DNA from: Candidatus Bathyarchaeum sp.
GTDB lineage: Archaea; Thermoproteota; Bathyarchaeia; Bathyarchaeales; Bathyarchaeaceae
Length of the DNA: 64,000 bases
Direction of reading: 5' to 3'
Assembly: GCA_026014565.1 (NCBI GenBank)
Contig: JAOZIB010000018.1
Location: 131,042-195,041 of the forward strand
Shown: piece by piece, positions 36,894-45,089 of the stretch
Numbering within the stretch: the stretch's first letter is position 1
Layout: every line of letters starts with the position of its first letter
Position numbers and translations under genes: made by a program
The notes under the pieces: generated by a model
What the model was told of the DNA's origin: nothing
The model's database searches: none
What the model saw: only the letters and a program-made list of their open reading frames with translations

Positions 36894-36923
36894 TTCCACC
36901 TGAAATTAAGGGGTGCCAGTGTC
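36894..36923 (+). repeat. ORB-like box 3 (right arm of the inverted pair)
   Basis: TTCCACCTGAAATTAAGGGGTGCCAGTGTC. Its reverse complement matches box 2 over GACACTG[GC]ACCCCTTAATTTC, which is 20 identical positions plus a 2-nt indel. Confidence 0.6.
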
Positions 36924-37035
36924 ACTAAATGATTTTTTACAAGTAATCTTAACTTAAAATCCAGATTACCCCCAAACTTTTGTTCCCCTTTAGGATTTTG
37001 TGGTTTTTGTTTACTTTTTTTTACGACACATTTTA

Positions 37036-37057
37036 TCTACTGGAAAAGCTATCGGGG
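37036..37057 (+). repeat. ORB-like box 4
   Basis: TCTACTGGAAAAGCTATCGGGG, 16 bp upstream of the cdc6 TTG start. Confidence 0.5.
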
Positions 37058-37072
37058 CAATAATTTCGTTGG

Positions 37073-38329
37073 TTGTTAAAGGAGTTTACAGCGCTGACAA
37101 AAATTGATACTCTTGATGACGTTTTCGACCGATTTTTGAGTAATACAAACATTTTCAACGACCGCGAAGTATTACGTCATGATTATATTCCAGAAAAACT
37201 GCCTCACCGCGATAAACAAATTCAATGTTTAGGGGGCATCGTAGCTCCAGTTTTGCGTAGCTCTCCGTGTTCTAACGTTTTTATTTATGGAAAAACTGGA
37301 ACCGGAAAAACTGCAGTAACAAAATTTGTTTTAAATAAACTCATTGCCAAAGCACATCAGCTACAAAGATCAGTTGAAGTTTGTTACGTTAACTGTCGGT
37401 TAGCTGGTACTGAATACAGAGTTCTTTCAAGCCTTTGTGATGCTTTAGATGTAAAAGTTCCTTTCACTGGTATTGCAGTTGGAGAAGTTTTTGACCGCTT
37501 CAAAAAAGGACTAGACAAACAACGAAAAATTTTCATTGTTGTGCTTGACGAAATTGATGCCTTAATTAAAACCCGTGGCGACACTTTGCTTTACGAGTTA
37601 ACTAGAATTAATGAGACTCTTCGTCATGGCAGAACCTCAATTATTGGAATTTCCAATGACCTTCGTTTTAAAGAATTTTTAGACCCCCGCGTATTAAGCT
37701 CACTAAGTGAAGAAGAAATCGTATTTCGACCTTATGACGCAGCAGAACTTCAAGACATCCTTTGGCGACGTGCCCAAATCGCCTTTTCTGATGGTGCATT
37801 AACTGATAGTGCTGTTGCCTTATGTGCTGCTTTGGCTGCGGCAGAACATGGAGACGCACGAAGAGCCTTGGACCTTCTTCGAGTTGCAGGTGAATTATCA
37901 GAGCGAGAAGGCGCTGACTCAGTAACTGAACAACATGTTCGAGAAGCAGAAAAACGCGTAGAACACGACCGAATTGTGGAAGTTTTAGAAAATCTTCCTG
38001 TTCACTCAAAACTAGTTGTGTGCAGTGTCTATTTGCTAGGTAAAACCAAAATGAGTTACACAGTTACTGGTGACATCTATGAAATATATTCAGAACTTTG
38101 CGACCAATACGGTCTTTCATCCCTTACTCAAAGGCGTGTAAGCGGATTAATCAGCGAACTAGACATGATTGGTTTGCTTAACGCTCGTGTAGTTAGCATG
38201 GGCCGGCACGGTCGTACAAAAAAAATCCGCTTAGGAATTGGACGAACTCTTGTTAGAAATGTGTTCTCCAATAACGATAGATTACATGACCTCTTAAGCT
38301 ATATTCCAACATGTTTTGGAACCCACTAA
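37073..38329 (+). CDS. cdc6: Orc1/Cdc6 replication initiator (AAA+ plus C-terminal winged helix)
   Basis: L..DYIPEKLPHRDKQI, Walker A YGKTGTGKT, Walker B VVLDEID, sensor GISND, and a wH region at the C-terminus. TTG start, with no in-frame ATG near the N-terminus. Confidence 0.95.
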   Translation: MLKEFTALTKIDTLDDVFDRFLSNTNIFNDREVLRHDYIPEKLPHRDKQIQCLGGIVAPVLRSSPCSNVFIYGKTGTGKTAVTKFVLNKLIAKAHQLQRSVEVCYVNCRLAGTEYRVLSSLCDALDVKVPFTGIAVGEVFDRFKKGLDKQRKIFIVVLDEIDALIKTRGDTLLYELTRINETLRHGRTSIIGISNDLRFKEFLDPRVLSSLSEEEIVFRPYDAAELQDILWRRAQIAFSDGALTDSAVALCAALAAAEHGDARRALDLLRVAGELSEREGADSVTEQHVREAEKRVEHDRIVEVLENLPVHSKLVVCSVYLLGKTKMSYTVTGDIYEIYSELCDQYGLSSLTQRRVSGLISELDMIGLLNARVVSMGRHGRTKKIRLGIGRTLVRNVFSNNDRLHDLLSYIPTCFGTH

Positions 38330-38357
38330 AATCAGAAACTGTTTTTGTTTGATTTGT

Positions 38358-39905
38358 TTACCACGATTCAGTAAAATCTATTGTTGAAATGGTAGATTTT
38401 TGCAGATTTACTATTGGAACTATACCTGGAGTTGGAACCAATCCCATTTTTTGTTGGAAATCTGTTTGCTCTTGCCACGCACCCGAGTTTACGATTAATG
38501 TTCCTCTATATCTGTTGCATTTCATAATGTGAACATGTCCCGCGTGAAAGATGTCGGGGGGTCTTTCTATAACCATGAAGTCCCTTTTTTCTGGAGATAT
38601 TGGAGTTCTTTCTCCGTAAATGGGGGCTAGATGTCTGGCTTTCAGTAGTAGCCTCATTGATTTGTCTGGAGTCTCAAAACTAACATTTGGAGCAAAAGCA
38701 GCAATATCGTCTAAACTTCTTCCGTGAAAGGTAAGTATCTCTACTCCATGAAGGCTTATGGTTGAAGGGTTACCAAGGGAATAAATTTCTCGGGCTTCCT
38801 GCAGGGGTTCGATATACTCTTTGGGTAATGCTGGTTGGGGTAACGCTTTTCTGGAGGCATCGTGGTTTCCAGGAATAACAAAAATTTTTATGTAATCAGG
38901 AACCTGCTTCAAAAGTTCGGCTGCATGACTGTATTGACCATAAATATCTGCAATTGTTAACTCTTCTAGCTGATCTGGGTAAATTCCGATTCCATCTACA
39001 ATGTCTCCTGCAATAACCAAGTACTTTATATGGCCTGCAAATTCTCGCAATTTATCATTGCCTTTTTCCCCTTTGATCCAACGTAAAAATTGGTTGAATT
39101 CTTTTTCCATGAATTTGTTGCTACCCACGTGAATATCTGACAATAAAGCCGCATAAACTGGAATATCTGCTCTATGGGGTGATTTTTGGGGCATCTCAGG
39201 CAAAATAAAATCTCTGGCAATTATCAGGTCATTGTTCCCTTTGACTGCGTTTACACAAACTACTTGGTCTAGAATCAGGGACCTTGCTTTTTCGATAATT
39301 TCTTTTTCTAAATTGGGGGAAACAAGAACCGTTACGTTTGCTTCTAAATCTTCCATTTTAATGAAGAGTTTATCTTTTACCTCAATTTTTTCAGTAACCA
39401 TCCCAATGATGTTTACTTTGGATTTAACTGGCGCCTTTAGTGCAACAGAAATTGGAACCGCGTTCTTGACATCCATTCTTCTTCGAAGAACTTTCTTTAA
39501 ACGCTCAAAACGGTCATGAAAATATTCCTTGAACTCTTTGATTGTTCCTGTGGTGCAGATGTTTTTTGTTGGGTCCATCAATATTTTGACGTCTTCGTCT
39601 ACATCTTTAGCGTAGGCTCTGAATGTTTTTCGTGATTGAATACTACTGATTGAACCTGAGTTTGTTTTAATTAAATCCTTTTTTCCACCACAGGGTTCTA
39701 ATTTTATGTCTTCCAGATAACTGCGATCGATAAACAGAGGCTTTTGTGAAGAATTTTGGATTTTTTTAACAACTTCTTCCATGAGATAGAGGGGATCTTC
39801 AGTTTTTGCAATATTATCTAAGAATTCGAAGGCTTCTTTATCTAATTGGAATCCCGAAGATAAGGTGAACGAAACAGCCTGCTGGAGCCTGTTGGATTCA
39901 CTCAT
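38358..39905 (-). CDS. dp1: DNA polymerase II (family D) small subunit DP1 (3'-5' exonuclease, calcineurin-like phosphoesterase)
   Basis: OB-like middle domain. Phosphoesterase motifs LLSDIHVGS, IAGDIVDG, VIPGNHD and GHVH. Confidence 0.9.
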   Translation of the reverse strand: MSESNRLQQAVSFTLSSGFQLDKEAFEFLDNIAKTEDPLYLMEEVVKKIQNSSQKPLFIDRSYLEDIKLEPCGGKKDLIKTNSGSISSIQSRKTFRAYAKDVDEDVKILMDPTKNICTTGTIKEFKEYFHDRFERLKKVLRRRMDVKNAVPISVALKAPVKSKVNIIGMVTEKIEVKDKLFIKMEDLEANVTVLVSPNLEKEIIEKARSLILDQVVCVNAVKGNNDLIIARDFILPEMPQKSPHRADIPVYAALLSDIHVGSNKFMEKEFNQFLRWIKGEKGNDKLREFAGHIKYLVIAGDIVDGIGIYPDQLEELTIADIYGQYSHAAELLKQVPDYIKIFVIPGNHDASRKALPQPALPKEYIEPLQEAREIYSLGNPSTISLHGVEILTFHGRSLDDIAAFAPNVSFETPDKSMRLLLKARHLAPIYGERTPISPEKRDFMVIERPPDIFHAGHVHIMKCNRYRGTLIVNSGAWQEQTDFQQKMGLVPTPGIVPIVNLQKSTISTIDFTESW

Positions 39906-40371
39906 AATTTCTTGTGTCGTTTGTGTCCCTCTGTTAAAATGTTAATATGTATTCAGTGTCCTATTAACTGTGTTCTTTAATTTTAACCAAACATTTTTTG
40001 AGATTTAGAGTTATTGCCAACTATATGTATTTGTTACGATTATCTGCGATTTTTTTGGCTTTTCTATTTAATTCTTAATACTAAGTTTTGCCCATTTGCT
40101 TGTTTAGATTGCCGCCTCGTAGCAAGTTTAGTTGAATCAATTGGCGACCCCTACTCAACCATTGGTGACAAAGTAAATTCAATCTTCACGAAATTGAAAC
40201 AGTAGCTCTTGGCATTCCCACTGAAATCGGAAGCCCCATTCTCACTATTGCTTCTTCAATTCGCCAAATCTACGATAACATCCTTGACATCGCGACCTTG
40301 TACTGCAAAAACGTTCATGATACTTTTAATTGTCAGGTTGTCTTTTGTTTTCTTGTTAAGTAGTGTGATCA

Positions 40372-41280
40372 ATGGAACAAAAAAGTCTAATCGAGAAAAT
40401 AAACAGGCTAAAAAAACAAAAAAACGCAGTAATTTTAGCCCACATTTATCAACGACCAGAAATCTATCAAGTAGCTGATTTCATAGGCGACTCGTACGGC
40501 TTAAGCAAACAAGCAACACAAACCAACTCAGACATCATAATTTTTTGTGGCGTAGATTTCATGGCTGAGTCAGCTTATATTTTGAATCCCACAAAAACAG
40601 TTTTGATTCCAACCAAACAGGCTAACTGTCCAATGGCTGCTATGGTGGACGTTGAGGGTTTGCGGGAACTGAAGGCTAAGCATCCTGACGCGGCGGTTGT
40701 GAGTTATGTTAACACTACTGCAGACGTTAAAGCAGAATCCGACATTTGCTGCACCAGCGCAAACGCAGTCAAAGTGGTTAACTCGTTAGAAGAAAAAAAA
40801 GTCATTTTTGTGCCGGACTCTAACTTGGCAAACTACGTAATGCGCAACACCGACAAACAAATTATCCCTTGGAAGGGCTGGTGTTACGTACACAACAAAT
40901 TTTCTGCCGAAGGTATTGTTAAAGCTAAAGCCAACTATGTGGATGCGAAAGTTTTGGTTCATCCCGAGTGTGTTCCAGAAGTTGTGGACTTAGCAGACGA
41001 AGTTTTCAGCACAACTGGAATGATAAACTATGTACAAACCAGTCCAGACACCACTTTCATTATCGGTACTGAAGTTGGAGTCGTTGAACGTTTACGGCAG
41101 ATGTTTCCACAAAAAACGTTTTATCTGGCTCCTCCTGGGGGGACTTGTTTGCAGATGAAGAAAACTACCTTGGAGCTTGTTTTAGCTTCCTTGGAGAAGG
41201 AGCAGTTTAAAGTCGTGGTTCCAGAAAATATAAGGGTCAGAGCCCAGAAGGCTTTGGATAGAATGTTGAATGTGGCTTGA
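40372..41280 (+). CDS. nadA: Quinolinate synthase
   Basis: ILAHIYQRPEIYQVADFIGDS, FCGVDFMAE, CPMA, VSYVNT, VHPEC and TE.G motifs. Confidence 0.9.
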   Translation: MEQKSLIEKINRLKKQKNAVILAHIYQRPEIYQVADFIGDSYGLSKQATQTNSDIIIFCGVDFMAESAYILNPTKTVLIPTKQANCPMAAMVDVEGLRELKAKHPDAAVVSYVNTTADVKAESDICCTSANAVKVVNSLEEKKVIFVPDSNLANYVMRNTDKQIIPWKGWCYVHNKFSAEGIVKAKANYVDAKVLVHPECVPEVVDLADEVFSTTGMINYVQTSPDTTFIIGTEVGVVERLRQMFPQKTFYLAPPGGTCLQMKKTTLELVLASLEKEQFKVVVPENIRVRAQKALDRMLNVA

Positions 41281-42226
41281 TGTTTTGGAACGGCAAAAAC
41301 TTGTTGAGCTCGCCTACCAGAAAGGAAAGGAACTAACCCTAAGCAACAAAAAATATCTTAGTTGGTTAGATTCATTTTTCAGTCGTGAATACAGTGATGA
41401 TGTTTTAACAGGGGATGTAACAAGCAACTCAGTTTTAACAAAGAACAAACCCACAACTGCCTTTTTATACGCAAAATCTCCAGGAGTTATTGCTGGGCTT
41501 GAAGAAACAAGCTGGTTTTTAAAACAACATGGTCTTGAAGTTAAAACTCACGTAACCGATGGGCAAACCATAAACAAAGGCGACTTGGTCTTAACCCTTC
41601 AGGGTGCACAAAAAGAAATTCTCTCCACTGAGCGAATCTGCTTGAACGTTTTGCAACGAATGTCTGGAATCGCCACAGAAACCAAAATTTTAGTCACTTC
41701 CCTCAGCAATTATCATACCCGAATTGCGGCGACCCGAAAAACCCTTTTGCGTTACCTTGACAAGAAAGCAGTTTTCTTGGGTGGAGGCTTAACCCACCGT
41801 TTTAGTTTGTGGGATGCCATTTTAATCAAGGACAATCACTTGGAAACCGTGAAAAAAGAGGGAATAACTGACTACATTGAAATTGCTTTAGCCCGCGCTT
41901 CAAAAAACGTGGATGCAGTTGATTTTGTTGAAATCGAAGTCACTTCCCACGAGGAGGCTCTAACTGCAGCGCAAACTTTTAACTCGCTAAAATTGAAAAA
42001 ACCTTGCGCTATTATGCTTGACAACATGTGCCCAACCCTTATTGAAGAAACGATGGCGACTCTTCGTGAGAAAAATCTTTACGAGAATCTTTTGTTGGAA
42101 GCTTCGGGGGATATTACTCCTGAAAACATAAAAAATTACGCTAAAACAGCTGTTGATGTTGTGTCTATGGGGTATTTGACCCATTCTGTAAAAGCTTTAG
42201 ATCTAAGTTTGGAGATGACCCCTTGA
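41270..42226 (+). CDS. nadC: Nicotinate-nucleotide pyrophosphorylase (quinolinate phosphoribosyltransferase)
   Basis: GDVTS, ERICLNVLQRMSGIAT, TRKT, GGGLTHRFSLWDAILIKDNH, MLDNM and EASGDIT. N-terminal extension of about 40 aa, so the start is uncertain. Confidence 0.85.
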   Translation: MWLDVLERQKLVELAYQKGKELTLSNKKYLSWLDSFFSREYSDDVLTGDVTSNSVLTKNKPTTAFLYAKSPGVIAGLEETSWFLKQHGLEVKTHVTDGQTINKGDLVLTLQGAQKEILSTERICLNVLQRMSGIATETKILVTSLSNYHTRIAATRKTLLRYLDKKAVFLGGGLTHRFSLWDAILIKDNHLETVKKEGITDYIEIALARASKNVDAVDFVEIEVTSHEEALTAAQTFNSLKLKKPCAIMLDNMCPTLIEETMATLREKNLYENLLLEASGDITPENIKNYAKTAVDVVSMGYLTHSVKALDLSLEMTP

Positions 42227-43782
42227 AAACCGATTTTTTAGTTGTTGGCAGCGGAATTGCTGGGTTAAATTTTGCTCTTAAGGCTGCAAAGTTTGGGCAA
42301 GTAACCATTGTAACAAAAAAAGAAATCATGGAATCTAACACTAACCTTGCTCAAGGGGGAATTGCTGCAGTAACGCGAAAAGACGACTCCATTCAGTCTC
42401 ACATCGATGACACTTTAACTGTAGGTTCTGGATTGTCAAACAAACGAACGGTAAAAATCCTTGCTGAGCACGGACCCAAAGCCATTCGGAATCTTTTGTC
42501 GTTTGGGGTAAATTTTGACATAGAAAACAACATTCTTCACTCAACTACGGAGGGCGGTCATAGTACTGCGCGGGTTCTTCATTCGGGGGATACTACTGGG
42601 AAAGAAATTGAGCATAAAATGGTGGAAAACGTTCGGGAACATAAGGATATTCAGGTTTTTGAGAACTGTTACGCCATAGATCTTCTAGTAAAGGACGGTA
42701 AATGTATTGGCGCAAAGATGCTAGACATTCCCAAACGTTGTGTGTTTGACATTTTTTCCCGCGTAACAGTACTGGCTACTGGTGGGGTCGGTTATCTTTA
42801 CTTGAACACTTCTAACCCCGATATCGCTACTGGTGATGGTATTGCCATTGCTTTTCGGGCAGGAGCTGTTGTGGAGGATATGGAGTTTGTGCAGTTTCAT
42901 CCTACTACTTTAAACAAGCTTGGGGCTCCGCATTTCTTGATTTCCGAATCCCTTCGAGGCGAAGGAGCAATCCTAGTAAATGAATCTGGAGAGCGTTTCA
43001 TGCTAAAGCATGACAGTATGGGTGAGCTTGCTCCTCGCGACATTATTGCTCGTACAATTTTTAATGAACTCAAAATTGGTCCTGTTTACTTAGATTTCCA
43101 TCATAAGGGTAACGATTTCATCTTGGACCGTTTTCCCATGATTTACAACGAGTGCCTGAAATACGATATTGACCTTACTAAAGATTTGATTCCGGTTTCC
43201 CCCGCTGCTCATTATCTGTGTGGTGGAATTAAAACAAACGAGTACGGTGAAACTTCTGTTGGCAATCTTTTAGCTTTTGGAGAATGCACCTGCACGGGAG
43301 TTCATGGTGCTAACAGGCTTGCCAGTAATTCTTTGTTGGAATCTGTTGTTTTTTCAACTTTGGGTGCAAAAAAAGCCAAAAACTACCTTAAAACTTCGAT
43401 TCATTCTTTGCCAAAGAACACTGTAAAGTTCGCAAACATCGACACACCCGAGCTAACCTATCTCAAAGCTGATTTACGAAAATCTATGTGGGATTACGTT
43501 GGAATCATTCGTAATAAAGAAAACATCAGTTTGATGCTCAGAAAACTGGGTCGTTTACACTCAAGATTAACTGCTATTGGTAATTCTGGAGTGAATTCAC
43601 GGTTTCTTGAATTAGTTAACATGGTTACGGTTGCTAATCTCATAACTACTGCTGCTTGTGCCCGAACAGAAAGTCGAGGAACCCATTACCGAGAAGATTT
43701 TCCAAGCATTGATGACAAGAATTGGTTAAAGCACATTTACCTTCAAAAACAAGATGAAAAGCTTCAAACATTTTTTGTGTGA
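42223..43782 (+). CDS. nadB: L-aspartate oxidase
   Basis: FAD motif DFLVVGSGIAGL, AQGGIAA, HSGDTTG, FVQFHPT, GLLAFGECTCTGVHGANRLASNSLLE and RTESRGTHYRED. TTG start overlapping the nadC stop. Confidence 0.9.
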   Translation: MKTDFLVVGSGIAGLNFALKAAKFGQVTIVTKKEIMESNTNLAQGGIAAVTRKDDSIQSHIDDTLTVGSGLSNKRTVKILAEHGPKAIRNLLSFGVNFDIENNILHSTTEGGHSTARVLHSGDTTGKEIEHKMVENVREHKDIQVFENCYAIDLLVKDGKCIGAKMLDIPKRCVFDIFSRVTVLATGGVGYLYLNTSNPDIATGDGIAIAFRAGAVVEDMEFVQFHPTTLNKLGAPHFLISESLRGEGAILVNESGERFMLKHDSMGELAPRDIIARTIFNELKIGPVYLDFHHKGNDFILDRFPMIYNECLKYDIDLTKDLIPVSPAAHYLCGGIKTNEYGETSVGNLLAFGECTCTGVHGANRLASNSLLESVVFSTLGAKKAKNYLKTSIHSLPKNTVKFANIDTPELTYLKADLRKSMWDYVGIIRNKENISLMLRKLGRLHSRLTAIGNSGVNSRFLELVNMVTVANLITTAACARTESRGTHYREDFPSIDDKNWLKHIYLQKQDEKLQTFFV

Positions 43783-43847
43783 TTGCTTGTTTGCCGTGGG
43801 TTTGGGGGAAAGCGCTTTAAATCTGTAGCAAACTCTAATTTTTCTGT

Positions 43848-43933
43848 GCCGGGGTGACAGAGCGGTAATGTGCCGGTCTCGAAAACCGGTGGTGCCATGC
43901 GCCACAAGGGTTCAAATCCCTTCCCCGGCGCCA
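43848..43933 (+). tRNA. tRNA-Ser (anticodon CGA), class II, CCA encoded
   Basis: Hand-folded. Acceptor GCCGGGG/CCCCGGC-G-CCA, anticodon stem CCGGT/ACCGG with loop CTCGAAA, variable-arm hairpin GGTGC-CAT-GCGCC, and T arm AAGGG-TTCAAAT-CCCTT. Confidence 0.95.
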
Positions 43934-44466
43934 CTTTTTGTTTTTCTTAAGCGTGATTTTTTTTGTGGTTTTCTTTTGAGTTCAGTTCCACAAACTTCAC
44001 AGCAACTTTCTTTGTAATCTGACGGATACTTGTGGTAACATGCTGGGCAGTATAGAATCCATTTGAAGCGCTTTTTTATTCCAAAGGTCATCAACGACGT
44101 GAATTCTACCCTGATTTTGTTGGCGACATTTTGCATTGAGTAATCGTCTGTGACAACTACTGGGGTTTTTCCATCAACTTTTAGTTCTAACCCTAATGCT
44201 AAAACTTGCATGTCTGCCTTGGACAGATAACGCATGTCTCCGCTTTTTTTGGATGCGTCTACGACTTGTTGGAAGAACTGTTCTTGGGGTTGCAGAATTA
44301 TGGTTTTTCCGCTTTCGATTGCTGTGTGGAAGCGTACCCATGTAATTGATTCTTGGTTGAGTTCGTTTTTCACTTCTTCTACTGTGTATTGTTTTTCTGG
44401 AAATGTGAGGGGGTCAAATCCTCCTATGAATGCAGAAGTGTCCAGAACTAGTGTTTTGTTTTTCAA
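43912..44466 (-). CDS. nob1: Nob1-like endonuclease (PIN domain plus zinc ribbon; 16S rRNA 3'-end maturation)
   Basis: PIN acidic residues (LVLDTSAFI, VVTDDYSMQNVA) and C-terminal CPACYHKY....CCEVCG. The last 22 nt overlap tRNA-Ser on the opposite strand. Confidence 0.75.
   Translation of the reverse strand: MKNKTLVLDTSAFIGGFDPLTFPEKQYTVEEVKNELNQESITWVRFHTAIESGKTIILQPQEQFFQQVVDASKKSGDMRYLSKADMQVLALGLELKVDGKTPVVVTDDYSMQNVANKIRVEFTSLMTFGIKKRFKWILYCPACYHKYPSDYKESCCEVCGTELKRKPQKKSRLRKTKSGAGEGI
43935..43945 (+). terminator. T-tract (TTTTTGTTTTT) immediately after tRNA-Ser
   Basis: Archaeal RNAP terminates at oligo-T tracts, and this one starts 2 nt after the CCA. Confidence 0.4.
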
Positions 44467-44614
44467 AAATTGTGCCTCTAATCAGGATTTTATCCTTGTT
44501 ACAATAACTTGAATGTGTTTATTTTATGTTATTGTGGTTCTTTGTTTTGTATTTTTAGGCGATAGATTATTAACGAGGAAATGCGTGAAACTCTTCTAAC
44601 GGAGAACAGACAAT

Positions 44615-45010
44615 ATGAGCGTACCTAAGGATGTTGGCGAACTAAAAGTTGGCAGTTATGTAATCATTGATGATGAACCCTGTAAAATCGTCAGCTACAG
44701 CAAATCCAAGCCCGGAAAACACGGTGCCGCAAAGGCTCGTATCGTAGCCATAGGCGTATTTAATGAAGCAAAAAAAACTATTGTTAAACCTGTAAGTGCT
44801 CAGGTTGACGTTCCAATTATCGACAAAAGCACTGGACAAGTTATTGCCCTTTTGCCCTCCGCAGTTCAGTTAATGAACTTGGAAACCTATGAAATGACTG
44901 AAGCGCCCTACCCTGAAGAGGAAGACATCAAATCTAAACTTGAATCTGGCGTTGAAGTCGAATACTGGCAGATTTTAGGCAGAACTAGAATTACTCGAAT
45001 TAAAGGCTAA
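44615..45010 (+). CDS. aif5a: Translation initiation factor 5A (aIF5A)
   Basis: Hypusine-site motif SKSKPGKHGAAKARIVAIG. SH3-like N-domain plus OB C-domain length. Confidence 0.95.
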   Translation: MSVPKDVGELKVGSYVIIDDEPCKIVSYSKSKPGKHGAAKARIVAIGVFNEAKKTIVKPVSAQVDVPIIDKSTGQVIALLPSAVQLMNLETYEMTEAPYPEEEDIKSKLESGVEVEYWQILGRTRITRIKG

Positions 45011-45089
45011 TCAGCCTTTTTAAACCCTTTTTTGGGAAACTGTAACTACGTTTTTTAGTTGACAATTTCCAACTTTAGTACTTGTAATT

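Larger units (their letters stand above)
36284..37072. other. Predicted origin of replication (oriC): ORB-like boxes plus an AT-rich unwinding element upstream of orc1/cdc6
   Basis: A 789-bp non-coding region between divergent genes, with four ORB-like boxes (listed below). The section 36701-36880 has 40 G/C in 180 nt by my count. Extra repeats GACTTCACAA (36419-36428, 36574-36583) and AGTTAACAA (36430-36438, 36597-36605). Confidence 0.7.

Noticed and set aside
40014-40478. Track ORFs 40014..40205 and 40209..40478 (+).
   Set aside because: They have no motifs and hydrophobic, low-complexity sequence. The second runs into the nadA start in another frame. Probably spurious.
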